A stretch of 64,000 nt of DNA from Phoronis australis (taxonomy: Eukaryota > Animalia > Phoronida). The stretch covers positions 8,623 through 72,622 of the forward strand of contig NMRA01000227.1 of assembly GCA_002633005.1 (NCBI GenBank), written 5' to 3'. A program made the translations under genes and the position numbers. Under the pieces are notes generated by a model, which saw only the letters and a list, made by a program, of their open reading frames with translations, was not told the origin of the DNA and ran no database searches. Below, piece by piece: positions 1 to 12,497 of this stretch (positions within the stretch are counted from its first letter, which is position 1; each line of letters begins with the position of its first letter).

Positions 1-204
1 TCCAATGACTGGGAGAGTGTTATAGTAAAGATCTGTTAACAGCTGTGTGTGAAGAAGTCAGCAGATGGACTAACCTCATTTGTATTCATTGTCAAGTCCT
101 AAGATTGACGTCGCTGGCGGTGCTGTGTCTTGTTGGGTATTGTCAAAATAAATTATTATTTCAAACCCAATCAATTCTTTTCATTGAGGGTGGAATATGT
201 TTTT

Positions 205-430
205 TCTATTTTTTTTAGTATGAGCACAGCCCCAGAAATCGCTTTCGCATTATATCCAGGTTATCATTCACTCTCTTGCACACATTCACTAGTAAGACTG
301 AGCTCAGAGCAATAGGAGACACTTTGTGCAATGCTCGAATGTCAGCCAGTGAAGCCAGGATTTGAACCCAAGTCTCCCAGTATTGGTATCCGAGTGTTTT
401 CTCATCTTTCTCTAGCGGTGGCGCTGGTCA
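205..430 (-). mobile_element. Possible tRNA-derived SINE remnant
   Basis: Minus-strand B-box GGTTCAAATCC (about 357-369) and an A-rich tail at about 200-217. Confidence 0.35.
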
Positions 431-1715
431 CAGAAGTGTGTTTTTCAACCCAGTTGTGTTAAGTTCCGTTTCAGGTTTCTAAACGTGTTTTTTATTTGGT
501 TGAAAATGTGACGCCCCGTTCAGTCATACATCATTGGAATTTATTGAATCGTCTGGATTGCACCAGAAGTCACCGTGAAGTCTTAGACTGTGTAGTCTTT
601 GGTAAAGGTCATTTATTCCAAGAGAAACGAAACCTGTTGTTGGCAAAAAGCAGATACAAATGAAAGTTTTTTTTTTTGAAATGCTAGTGAATTCGATTGC
701 CTAACCGAACATTTCAGTTCAGGTAATGTCATCATGGGTTTAAAGTCGACATAACTAGTGAAGAACCTTCATGAAATTTCTGAATACTTTTTATTCCGCT
801 TTGATGTCCGCTAGGTAACGGCACTCACAAAGTAATTGTCTGAATATGTCATTACTTTCCAACTGAACAAGTCAACGCAGCAAAGAACAGGGTTTTCGGC
901 TTGAACGAAGCCGACTGTGAGGCGGGGGCGGACGTGCTGCGTTGGGGGATTTGAAAATGAGGGGGCACAGTGGAGGTTTAAATGTTTGGTGAAGTCGAAT
1001 TATTGTCGCGAATTTAAACTGCTGTGTGCCTGCCTGGAAGCATGCAGCACAAAATATTCTCGAGTGTTCGGCGCGCTGGGTTGTGACGTAGTGGACATGT
1101 AGTGCGAATACCACAGATTTTCATGAACAAATTGTCATTCTGGGACGACGCAAAATGTCTGTCTCCACGAACATTACATCACACAAACACACGTACCCTG
1201 TGCATTTAGAAAAAAAAATTGTGCATAGCATCGCTGGCCGGTTAACTTCTGTGAAACGGCGGTATATCAAATTGGCAGCCCGACTCCGTCCAAAGAATTC
1301 TGCTCACGATCAGGCATATTGAACCGAGTCGTAAAAATACCCGGTACAGATGGTGGTGAATCCCCTTGGTCGGGGATGCAAACGGTTATTCACATTGAAT
1401 TTTGCAAGATTTTCAGAAAATAAATCAGATTCACTTCTTGAAACAAGCGAAATATCAAAACTTTCATCTTGAAACAAGCGAAATATCAAAACTTTCATCT
1501 CGATACAGATTTCACTTAGTTATACGTCCCCACATGCTACTATGTGCTCATACAAGTCAGATTGCGCTGCTTGAAATCGCCCTTGTTATGTTTACTAAGG
1601 TCCAATGTCGCATTTTCAATATAAAGGAAATGTGATACGTTTATGTCTGGCATACCATGTAGGCCGGGAAAGCGGGCCGGGTGTTTTAGTTGCACGGCAA
1701 AATCGACACGAACTG

Positions 1716-2721
1716 CATAGGCGGATTTAGGGGGGGACCCAGGTGGCCCGCCCCCCCCCCTTGGCTGCCGCAAAAAATAAAACAGTAAGAGCGTAGGGAA
1801 ATGTTGAGTTTATTAATTAACACCAGTAATTAAAATTATACGGATGATAACAGATTTAAATGTGCAGTTTAAGTGTTGGAGGGGGGGGGGCTGAAATCAA
1901 ATTTCAAGTGTCAAATTCGGAACACGGCGTATTCGTAATGGAACTATGGCTAAGTATAGGCTCTCCCACGATATCCCAGGCGACCGGCAGTGGCGCTGCA
2001 TACTACGACTCCGTTTCCGTCGTCTGCTCCACTGTGCCATGAAGAAAATTTACTTCGTTTTTTAAAGAAATGGAGCCTGAGTGACGATTAAAAAACAGAA
2101 GCTGCTGGTAAGATGTGAATTTTAATCGAAGTCTTAGTGAATCGCTCAGAAACTCGCAACACTCTCTTTGTCAAACCTTATCGGTTTCCAAAGCAATCCC
2201 GTCATTATTGCCAACACGAAAAACGGATTTGGTCTTTTGGGCATTTGAAGACTATTTTAAATACGACAAATTTGTTAAGAATTGATGGCACAAAATATAA
2301 AACGTGTAATAAGCATTACAAAAAGAAGTAGGTTTCGCGCGCAAACGCTGTGGACCATAAACAAGTAGGTCTCTTAGTAAACTTCTAGTAATTAAGTCGT
2401 GGTGGTGTAGTGGTTAAGCATGCGCGCTATATTCGCCAGGTAGTGAGTTCGAGTCTTTGGTACTTGTAGTTTTTCCTGTTTGACACGTTATCCTTTTTCT
2501 TGCCTTTTTTTTCTTGGATGATACTTCAGGAATCAAGGAAAATGCTTGTTTGTTAGAGGTAAAAACAGAAAACTTTCCTGGGGCGGGAGGGGGGCAAACC
2601 CCCCTCACGACCTCCCCCCATTCGGTGCTATGCGCATCTACAATTGTGGTTCAGTTTGCGCAAATGCTTACAGCCGTACAAAATTTTGGGCCCCCCTTTT
2701 GATATCCTAGATCCGCCACTG
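1716..2721. mobile_element. Non-autonomous TIR DNA transposon (hAT-like ends), 5-bp TSD AACTG
   Basis: cataggcggatttag ... ctagatccgccactg with aactg on both sides and G/C-tract subterminals. Confidence 0.8.
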
Positions 2722-3762
2722 AACTGCATGTTGGATTTTTTCGAAATTTCAAACTAAAGGAAAATGCTTAATGTCTTGACACTCGTAGTAATACAGCGCC
2801 TATATCTTGATTCAACCCATGCTTTCAAGAACGATTGGAAGCTGCGGTGACTAGTCAATCTGGTCGGCGGTGGCTGTTCGCCGCGACTTTTGCAGAACGT
2901 TTACCGGCCGGCAACAAGTTGCTAGCGTCGACGCTAAATGACCTTTGTGATCCAAACACATTTACAACAAAATGCCAACAGCGGCAGGCACACACTGTCG
3001 GCGTACGATGGCCGGTAGGTGTCGTTCCATTCATCCTGGTGACGGTTGTTAAGAAAAAGGCATCAAATATGGCGTCTTGCAGGTAATAATAGGTAAGCAA
3101 TCGATTTGTTGGTGACGTTCGATGACATTGAATATGTTATTATTTGTTATCGATTACGTTTTCATTTCAAGACTGTTGTTAAGAACAATGTAGGGCTCAT
3201 TACCGTAAACGAAATTCTGTGCCTCATAAAAATTAAACTGTCTTACAGGTGCGCTTGCGATTGACTAATCAGTCAAACCATAGCTCCGCAGCATTCCCCG
3301 TTGTGTTTATTTTCCCACGCAATTCAGTTTTGCCACCAGACTCTGGCGGCCGTGAATTACGGCACCGCAACCGTGATTTACTGACCGAGCAGAGGGGCAT
3401 TTTGTTGAAAAGTTACGTTTCACTCACTGACTGATGTGATAGATTCAGTGCCCCGCAGCAACTGAGGGCCCAACTAAGCTGTGTCAATGACCAAAAAACC
3501 CCCGAAACGTCGTTTTAGGGTCTTCATGCGCGCAGATCGTACGCGAAAATGGCGACTCGCCCTAACTGCCTCGCGCGGTACCCTCCGTCCATCGTTTATT
3601 GTATGGGTTTACTATAGTAGGCCTGAGATCAATCGAAAGACGGAAACCGTATGCTGTTGGCTGCGAGTATAGCCCCTTCTTCTGAGCGTATCTGCTTTTA
3701 GTGCCGTTTTTATACCAGTGACTTATTATTCACAGTCCTATATATGCTTTTATTCGACGTTT

Positions 3763-4820
3763 CCTCAGGTTAAAATTCATCAATTAAATCATGTTTTCAG
3801 TTAAGAATAAACAAAAAATTATATACGACTTAGAATGACCTTGCCCTGTTAACTAACTAAATACGAATATCTAGTTATAAGCTTAGCCTTTTAGTTTCAT
3901 CAAATCAGTTATTCCTTACAGTGATAGAGTTCTGCTCCACTGATCACCTCATATCACAGGAGTGTGTACAGTGTGCCATTTTCGAATTCGAACTGGGTTG
4001 ACCATGCAACCCATTTTTGCGTTTACTTGAGTCATTGGTGTTTGGTGAGTGTTCTTGTTGGTATGCCGGCGAGAAATAAAATCTCCTATTATAAAAAGTA
4101 TTACGAGACTGATTTTGGTTTTTGTTAGCCAGCGAGACAGGGCAAAATGAAGCTTAAAAGGATATTAAAGCCGCTGTTCAAGGTTTCAAAAAAATCCTCG
4201 TTCATTCACCTACTACATATATATGCGGGCGTCAATCGCGAAAGATAAAAGCAGGAATCAACTAAAAATTCGCACCGCTGGACATCATGANCCTAGGTTA
4301 AAATTCATCAATTAAATCATGTTTTCAGTTAAGAATAAACAAAAAATTATATACGACTTAGAAAGACCTTGCCCTGTTAACTAACTAAATACGAATATCT
4401 AGTTATAAGCTTAGCCTTTTAGTTTCATCAAATCAGTTATTCCTTACAGTGATAGAGTTCTGCTCCACTGACCACCTCGATCATATCACAGGAGTGTGTA
4501 CAGTGCGCCATTTTCGAATTCGAACTGGGTTGACCATGCAACCCATTTTTGCGTTTACTTGAGTCATTGGTGTTTGGTGAGTGTTCTTGTTGGTATGCCG
4601 GCGAGAAATAAAATCTCTTTATAAAAAGTATTACGAGACTGATTTTGGTTTTTGTTAGCCAGCGAGACAGGGCAAAATGAAGCTTAAAAGGATATTAAAG
4701 CCGCTGTTCAAGGTTTCAAAAAAATCCTCGTTCATTCACCTACTACATATATATGCGGGCGTCAATCGCGAAAGATAAAAGCAGGAATCAACTAAAAATT
4801 CGCACCGCTGGACATCATGA
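3763..4820. other. About 530-bp duplication around a single N (4291): probable unmerged haplotype overlap
   Basis: 3763-4290 and 4292-4820 are near-identical with a few SNPs and small indels. Confidence 0.8.
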
Positions 4821-5029
4821 TCATTGGTGGATGGTTTCTTCCCACAGTTGCCATCGTAGGTCACACTTGCCAGCTTAGAAGACTTTAAGGAGTTTTCAAT
4901 TTTTCCTCCAAATTTTTAGGGTTGTCGAGGGTTATTGAGCATTATTTTGTTCCAAAGAACTGGATGGGAAAGTCGCTTTAAGTATCTGTTGATAGGACAA
5001 AACCGGGTTTGGTATACTTTCAACATTTG

Positions 5030-5110
5030 CACCCGCCAGTACCCTTTACACCCGCCAGTACCCTTTACACCCGCCAGTACCCTTTACACCCGCCAGTACC
5101 CTTTACACCC
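5030..5110. repeat. 19-bp tandem repeat, about 4 copies
   Basis: (acccgccagtaccctttac)n. Confidence 0.9.
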
Positions 5111-5604
5111 AGAACTGCAACATTAGTGGATGGCTTGTTTTCTACTAGGCTTATTTCGTTGGGGGGATTTAAGTCTTTTTCTTGGTATGAATAACATATG
5201 CAATTGTCATTAAAATAACTGGCTGATTTCGCATTAGTTTAAAATTTTACTCGGACATAGACGGAATGCCCGAGTTTGCCGATCACTCTTCAGATAACTT
5301 GATATTGGTATGATTCATTCGGGCATGTATTTATTTACTTGCAGACCGTCGCATCGCCCTTGTGTTCTTATGTACGACAGTTACACTACCAGTGCCAACT
5401 CCAATCCGCCATACTTGCAAGCCCTCGTAGCACCCCTATGTCCACGTGTACGTGGACCGTGACTACCGGTACCATTTCCACCCGCCATACTTCAGTGTAG
5501 ACCTCAGTGTCCTACAGTTCAGATGGTGCCTGAAATATTGGGACTCGAGACTTCGAGATATTAGTTTCACGTTTTTCTTACAGATGCTCACATAACATGT
5601 AATC

Positions 5605-5740
5605 ATGGTAGACTTCCACTCTCAGTACAAGTTGTACCACTACAGGGCCACTGTGACTTCGCCTGCGCAGCCAGTTGAATCCTATCGCGAGCTGTACAGA
5701 GAAAGCACGCCCCACCTGTTCAGATCACAACGACCCTTGG
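5605..5740 (+). CDS. NHL-repeat protein, putative first coding exon (MVDFHSQYKLYHYRATV...SQRPL)
   Basis: Acceptor ttttcttacag ends at 5583, ATG at 5605, open frame to donor G|gtatga at 5740/5741. Phase 1 matches the next exon. Confidence 0.6.
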
Positions 5741-5984
5741 GTATGAGTTAGTACACTTTAATGCTAGCACGCTGCAATTCGTGCGAAACCTAGCCTAATC
5801 AAGTTCCCGACAGTTATTTGATAAAAACCAGCTGATTGTTTTTGACAACTGCATGTTATCTGGACCACTTTTTGGTCGCAGCTTTTAAAGTATGTTCTAC
5901 TATGTCTAAATTCAATAAAACACGCAAGGCATTGTTATTTTGTTGTGTCATGTTCTAATAAACATGCGGTTTAGGCGGTTACAG

Positions 5985-6205
5985 CTGATTTCATAAAGGT
6001 GGCTTAAAGTTAAACCTGGTTTAAACTGGACTTAGACCAGGTTTAAAGATAATCCGCATTTCATAAAGGTGGTTTAACTTTTAGACCAGTGGTCTAGTAA
6101 AACCTGGTTTAACTCCAGTTTAGACCTAGTCGGTTTTCATTTCACCAACTAGGTCTATATTCTTTAGACCTGTATTAAGATCTTAAACCATGTTTAACTT
6201 TAAGC
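5985..6205. repeat. Palindrome-rich transposon-end-like fragment
   Basis: Direct repeat atttcataaaggtgg twice; palindromes ttaaacctggtttaa and tagaccagtggtcta. Confidence 0.45.
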
Positions 6206-6331
6206 TTGGTCAGACTTGCATGGTATGGGTACAACTGAATGATACCGCTTAGTACATTTGCGATGCTGTTTTAGAGCGAAAATGGACTATTTTCAGTATT
6301 CAGTTTTACTACGACATAAGATCAATAGTAG

Positions 6332-6488
6332 CAGGAGCGGACCTAGGATTTTTAAGGGGGGGGGCGGTCAAGGACTTTTTGAAAGGAGGGACCAAGTCAA
6401 ACATTTGAAAATTATAGATTTGATATCACTAAAATCAAGGGAAAAAAGGGGGCTCCGGACCCCTTGACCCCCCCTGGATCCGCCTATG
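6332..6488. mobile_element. MITE, same CA..TG class, 5-bp TSD (agtag/cgtag)
   Basis: caggagcggacctagg ... cctggatccgcctatg. Confidence 0.75.
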
Positions 6489-6667
6489 CGTAGATCAGTG
6501 CGTGCTGGAGTGTGTCCTGTGGATTCCTCAGAATACGATTGGTCGAGCAGGGCGTCATCGTCGTCACCGCTACGGATTTGACCTAAGACAGCATCTTCTG
6601 ATTCTTCTGAGTTTCACCTACACTGTTCTCCGATTTAATGTTGCCGGGAAGGGGTCTTGCCCCCCCC

Positions 6668-7315
6668 NNNNNNNNNNNNNNNNNNNNNNNNNNNNNNNNN
6701 NNNNNNNNNNNNNNNNNNNNNNNNNNNNNNNNNNNNNNNNNNNNNNNNNNNNNNNNNNNNNNNNNNNNNNNNNNNNNNNNNNNNNNNNNNNNNNNNNNNN
6801 NNNNNNNNNNNNNNNNNNNNNNNNNNNNNNNNNNNNNNNNNNNNNNNNNNNNNNNNNNNNNNNNNNNNNNNNNNNNNNNNNNNNNNNNNNNNNNNNNNNN
6901 NNNNNNNNNNNNNNNNNNNNNNNNNNNNNNNNNNNNNNNNNNNNNNNNNNNNNNNNNNNNNNNNNNNNNNNNNNNNNNNNNNNNNNNNNNNNNNNNNNNN
7001 NNNNNNNNNNNNNNNNNNNNNNNNNNNNNNNNNNNNNNNNNNNNNNNNNNNNNNNNNNNNNNNNNNNNNNNNNNNNNNNNNNNNNNNNNNNNNNNNNNNN
7101 NNNNNNNNNNNNNNNNNNNNNNNNNNNNNNNNNNNNNNNNNNNNNNNNNNNNNNNNNNNNNNNNNNNNNNNNNNNNNNNNNNNNNNNNNNNNNNNNNNNN
7201 NNNNNNNNNNNNNNNNNNNNNNNNNNNNNNNNNNNNNNNNNNNNNNNNNNNNNNNNNNNNNNNNNNNNNNNNNNNNNNNNNNNNNNNNNNNNNNNNNNNN
7301 NNNNNNNNNNNNNNN
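6668..7315. other. Assembly gap (N run)
   Basis: 648 N flanked by a C-run and a G-run. Confidence 0.99.
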
Positions 7316-8987
7316 GGGGCATTTTTCACCGGTTTTGTTTCGTGTTGCAACCCATAAAGAGCGGACGGACATTCTGTGACATTATGTGGTTTCTTTGGTT
7401 TAGTTAGCACCAGTGGTGAATTAGTGATAACTAGGGCCCCAGGCAGTGCTCAAGTTTGGGCCTTCTCATCCAAAATCGCTGGGCATTTCTAATGACTGGT
7501 ACATTCCAAGTGTCAAAAGTCTCTCTCGCTCAGTTTAACGAAAAATCGGTTCTTAAAATTTCCAATAGGCCTAAGCGTTTCACGTCGACACTTGGCGGAT
7601 TTACTGTGCTACTTAGTGCACTTAAATGATACTAAACCCTGCTCGGGTTTTGGACTATTCTTTGTTCTGTCACCTGCTAATGTGCTATTGACGTCCCACT
7701 TGAGTGATAAAAACAGGTTTCAAATTAAAACTGATACTTTCTTGGTAGAGTTCTATGGCCACAGATAAGAAGATATTATGGTTCTTGGCAAGTGGCCTTT
7801 CCCGTTGTCTCGTAAACTGTCTAAAGCGTAGGTCATGTTTGCCCCAGATTTTGCAAGTGCAAATTGTGCTCGAAATATTTGAGAGTGTCGAGGGTTACAA
7901 ACCATTATGTTATTTTAGAGAACTGGATGGGAAAGTCGCTTTAAATATCTGTTAGTTGGCCAAAACCGGGTTTGGCCCCCTTTCAAGTACAGAACCCCGC
8001 GCCTAAGGGGCTCCCACATTGGGTGAATGAAGGTCTTCCGGTTAATGGGACGCGGCACTAACGTCGGACTAAATAAAATATATAAAGGTGTAGAACCCAC
8101 GTGAAAGAGGTGAGGACTAAGAAAACACCGACTGTGACGGTTCAGGTAGTGGGGAGATGGCCTCGCCATCTTCCTAAGTATAGAGAGTCACACTTTTCTG
8201 AATTTACCCCTGGGTCGAAAGACAGTAAACTTCTGTAACGCGGTTGCGTAGCCACTCACTCCCTGGTCTTGCTGGACAGCCGGGTGCGTTTAAACTGCTT
8301 GCCTTTCGTGTTTAGTTTTGATTGATTTTAATGCAAATAAGTTTTTGAAGAGGTTACATTTTTTCAGTTTTTACTAATAAAGGGATCCCTTCCTCTGTGG
8401 GTCTCAAAATCAAAATATTTCGAGTGTTCTCGGCCAAGTCCAAATACTTAACTCGCTTTCCAAAATGGCCAAATGCGCTTTGAAAACTGCATAACGTCGT
8501 AATTATATGCTAACCTATTTAGTTTTTGTGAGGGGGATATTCATTTACCAAAGTGTTTTGTGAGGGGGATATTCATTTGCCAAAGTATTTTGTTTTTGGA
8601 TATCACGTTGGAACTCTCAAATTACATTTGTGAGTAAGATGGTACCTCCAGGTCAGGTCGTTCAACAGGAGAGTCGCCAGTCATTTGTCTGAGAATTTTG
8701 CAAATACAAATAAGCAAGAACAACACACTCATGGTACGATGTCGAAGTATGTTTTGTGAAAAAGTTCAGAGAAATTGTTGAAATGTTATCTGAGATAAAC
8801 TTCGAGTAATTGTGATCAACTTTGCACTTTTTATTCTTCCTTCAGTGTCACTTTTAAGGCGACACACGGCGACCTGGAGTTGAGTAGACAAAACTGCAGG
8901 ATGTCACCGCGGCACATTGTCTTCGCCCCCAATCCCGCGCTTACGAAAATAGTTTGTTATATGTTTCCCTGTGCCTTCTCCTTCCAG

Positions 8988-9138
8988 TGCATGACTGCCG
9001 AGAACCTATTGTTCAGGATTTCAGCGATAAGCATGAATACGATGTGTTTATACTGTCTCAGGGTATCAAAGAGACGAGCAAAAGTAAAAAAGACATTCAC
9101 GCAGTCGTTCAACGAGAGGGAGATGATTCAGTGGCAAA
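8988..9138 (+). CDS. NHL-repeat protein, internal exon (VHDCREPIVQDFSDK...GDDSVAK)
   Basis: Strong acceptor ccttctccttccag at 8987 and donor AA|gtaagt at 9138. Phases 1 and 2 join both neighbouring exons in frame. Confidence 0.7.
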
Positions 9139-9939
9139 GTAAGTGAACCAACCATTAAGCCAGTTTTCAAACTTGCCTGGTTCGTCCACATAGACTCATA
9201 CGGTCAATTATCCCTAGAAAACTTTGTTGGTTGTTATAAATGCTATCTCAATAATCCTGAACAGTGCGCATTTGGTTGAATCCGAGATCGTAAATTTTAC
9301 AACTGAAATAGTAAATCAGGAAAAGTTAGCCGCAGCTAACCTCCCCGCAGTGAAACAATCGATAGACCCTAGTCTGTCCGTAATCACTGCGTGTCACTTA
9401 GAAACGCGAAGTCACCTTGTTAAAGAACCAAAACAAAGGGTTTTTGTCCAAAACATAAACCATAACAATGGTTCCATACAAGGCTTGAGGAGTGCAACAT
9501 TTGATCTTTTTATGAGTCATGTTTCTGTCAGTCGTAAATTTGCTTCATGAAAATACCATCGGAGAAAGAAAGTTTTGTTGCATTTAGGTTCGGTGTGTTT
9601 TGTTCGTCTACTTTGAGTTTTGAAGTTGTTTTGTCGAATATAAGTCGCCTTTGTAATCCGGGCTAGTCTTCAAGTGTGGTAACGGTCTGAGCTACTATCC
9701 GCACCGGAATATATATGCAATAGAACTGTGACGTAGGACTTGACATAACTTATTATTTACCTTGTCCTTGTAAAACGATGATATGAATGTCACATTTTTC
9801 ACCGGGATAGTACCAAAGTAAAACACTTCTTGTTTCTATGACACTTGTCCAAAGTGGAATTTATGAATTTAGTTGTAAAATGCACATGCCTGGGTATTGA
9901 ACTTCAGTGCTAATAAGTTTCTCAACGTTTTATTTTCAG

Positions 9940-10897
9940 ACCAAACAAGCTAATTTACACTATCGGCAATAAAGGCCGTGATAAAAATGAATTCCTATGG
10001 CCTCGAGGACTTGCCATCAGCTCCGAAACAGGCGATCTGTTTATCGCTGACTGCGGAAATCACCGGGTGAAGATTTATAACAATCATGGCGTACTGAAAC
10101 ACGTCTTTGGTGTTAAGGGAAAAGGAACGGGGGAATTCAACGAGCCCTGTGACGTAGTTGTTCTTCCAGACGAAACAATCGCTGTGCTTGACAAGAAAAA
10201 TAAGCGAATCCAAGTTTTTGCTGTTTCAGAAATACCTGGCTCTTTTAATGCAAAATTTAAATACGAATTTCCCACGTGTGGTGTCCCAGTTCATTTGGCT
10301 TGTAACCATGATTACGATATAATTGTGTCCACGATGTCAAGATCCATAGAGGTGTACAGGCGAGGGGGGTCACTCTTACATCGTTTTCGCGTTGATGACG
10401 AGCCCAGTGAAGGAGGTGCCCCATTGTTTCTGTGCACAAACGATAACAAGGAAATCATTATATCTGATCCCAGTCGTGGAACAGTTGGTATCTACACTCT
10501 CAATGGCCGCTTGTTGTACGGGTTTCGTCCACAAGCAGCCGGACTTGGTCTTACTGTTATTCCAGGAAGCGTTTGCGTAAACCTTCTTCAACAAATCATC
10601 GTCGTAGATTCGTTAAACCATACAATTAGTCAGTACACCGAGCGTGGTGTATTGTTGAAACAGATTCTTGCGCCACAAGACGACCTAGGTGCAGCACAGA
10701 CATGCCTCCTGGGACCTGAAGGACATTTGGTAGTCACGGAATTCTCTGCCAACGGGCCACATCACTTTAAGATATTTCGTTATCGTGAATGTCAGTGCCA
10801 TGCTACCAGACCTAACTCAAGCAAACGGAACAGACAGACAGAATCTGAGTCTCGGTTTGTGGTAGCGAGGCGCACGCCTACACCACAACAAGAGTAG
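9940..10897 (+). CDS. NHL-repeat (TRIM2/3/71-like beta-propeller) protein, terminal exon
   Basis: Acceptor tattttcag at 9939. Translation gives IGNKGRDKNEFLWPRGLAISSETGDLFIADCGNHRVKIY, FGVKGKGTGEFNEPCDVVV...VLDKKNKRIQVF and IIVVDSLNHTISQY, which are typical NHL blades. Stop TAG at 10895-10897. Joined CDS is 1245 nt. Confidence 0.9.
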
Positions 10898-11561
10898 GCC
10901 AGGGAATTTTCCTTTCGTAAACTAAATTCATTGTCGTGGAAAACGCCTGTCTTACTTTTCGATAGCATACAGGCTGTCTGATTTGAATATTTACGGTAAT
11001 AAATCATGGTAACTGAACTGGAGGATTCGTACTTGCATATTTGGTTCCTTCATAATTTAGACCCATGCATGAAAAGCATCACAGATTACCAAAATTCACA
11101 TCTGTTGCTGCAGAGGTGGAGTAGAGATTGATTCATATTTCAGGCGGTTAGCTGTTTGGACACTGAGATATTCTCAATACATAGCACACGTTGTTTTTAA
11201 TTTTTCGAGTAAAAACGCGAGTTTTGATTTGTGAAAATAAAGACATGCCAGCTACTGCTTAGTGTGAACGTAATTGAAATGTCTTGAAGTGAAACCAATA
11301 GTTCCGTCCTCCAAGTACTGATTCAACATTTAAAGTGGTATTTCCACCTTAATACTTACAGCCTAAACATGAAAATCCTGAAGGCGGCGTAATTAACTAC
11401 ATTTTACTCTCAAAGTTTTCCTTTCACTGTTCACAAGAATAGTAACAAGTCTTTACCACCAACACGGGTTCAAGTATCACCTGCTATTGATCCTGAAGAG
11501 GGCGTGCCCGTCTTGGAAAGACTATGAGACTCCTTTTTTCAGGACAATGCCCTGTGGTATG

Positions 11562-11718
11562 CAGTGGTGGATTTAGAGGGGGTCCATGCCCCCCCCCGCC
11601 TAAAACTCTCCCAGTTTCCTATTGGCAGTTCAGGGCTGGGAATGTCTGATGGGCAAAATCCTGGCTATGACTCAGCCCTGCCCCCCCCCAACTAAAAATC
11701 ATGATGGATCCACCCCTG
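11562..11718. mobile_element. MITE, 5-bp TSD GTATG
   Basis: cagtggtggattta ... tggatccacccctg flanked by gtatg on both sides. Confidence 0.78.
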
Positions 11719-12497
11719 GTATGTTTGAAGTCACTATTCATGGCATGGAAAGTATTTATCAGGTTAGCCTGCAATTTTTATGGACACTATTTGCCCGTGA
11801 TATATTTGGCGATCCTCCAACATCAGTACCGCGATTTGAGCTCAGTGTGTAGTGTCTGTTGAAATACTAAACAGACAACACCATCTTGTGTTTAATCAGT
11901 TCCGTGTACAAGAGGGGCTGAAAATTTTTCAACTCATTCAAATGTCCCCGGCCGCTTTTGGTGGACCGTTCCACTTTTCCGAAGGCGGTACGTTGCCCCG
12001 CCTCGTTCCGCTGCGCAAGCCGGCAGAAAGTGATGTAGTTGCGTATACATTTTTTCTTTTCGATACAATTTGTGTGACTCAACAGCTAGCACCCCTCGCT
12101 GGTTCCCGGCTACGTACTTAGCCAGCACGCTTCGTGCTGGCTGCTGACCACCTAGCGGCACGCAGGGAACCAGCGAGACCACCACCCCTCCGACTTTCGG
12201 TACAATCTCGCGCCTCCGCGTCAGTGGCGATTTTGTACTGCCCATCTTACCACTCGCTGGTTACCTGCGTGCTTAGCCCAACCAGCACGCAGGTATCACG
12301 CAGTGGCACGCGCTTTAGCATAGGTCGATGTAACCTCGGCAGTCACTGGTTAGCTTTACAACACCGTGAAAGAATGGCGGACTGTGAACGATACTAGCCT
12401 TGCCATGCAAGTGGCGTCGCCGCAGCAACTATTTCGTTTCTGCAGCCGAGTGATGTTTAATAGCCGCGTGCTTGAAGCACATATGGCAGTACAGTGA

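Noticed and set aside
2401-2465. tRNA gene (also about 56420-56485 and 59370-59410)
   Set aside because: A/B-box-like motifs only; no acceptor stem or complete cloverleaf. More likely SINE heads or decayed copies.
3069-3090. ATGGCGTCTTGCAG|gt as the first coding exon of the NHL gene
   Set aside because: Splicing to the 5583 acceptor hits a stop within a few codons; at most a UTR exon or uORF.
3763-4820. Apparent LTR pair or tandem duplication (similarly 61717-62821 and 53151-54081)
   Set aside because: Each pair abuts a single N and differs by allele-level changes, typical of unmerged heterozygous contig overlaps.
6502-7410. Long ORFs of 234-301 aa in all frames
   Set aside because: Artefacts of translating the N gap.
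8846-8987. Alternative acceptor at 8845 for the NHL gene
   Set aside because: Two in-frame stops precede the coding segment; the acceptor at 8987 fits the phase without stops.
11490-11525. Second hammerhead (CTGAAGA-GGGC-gt-GCCC)
   Set aside because: GAAA does not follow stem II directly and no stem I or III is evident.
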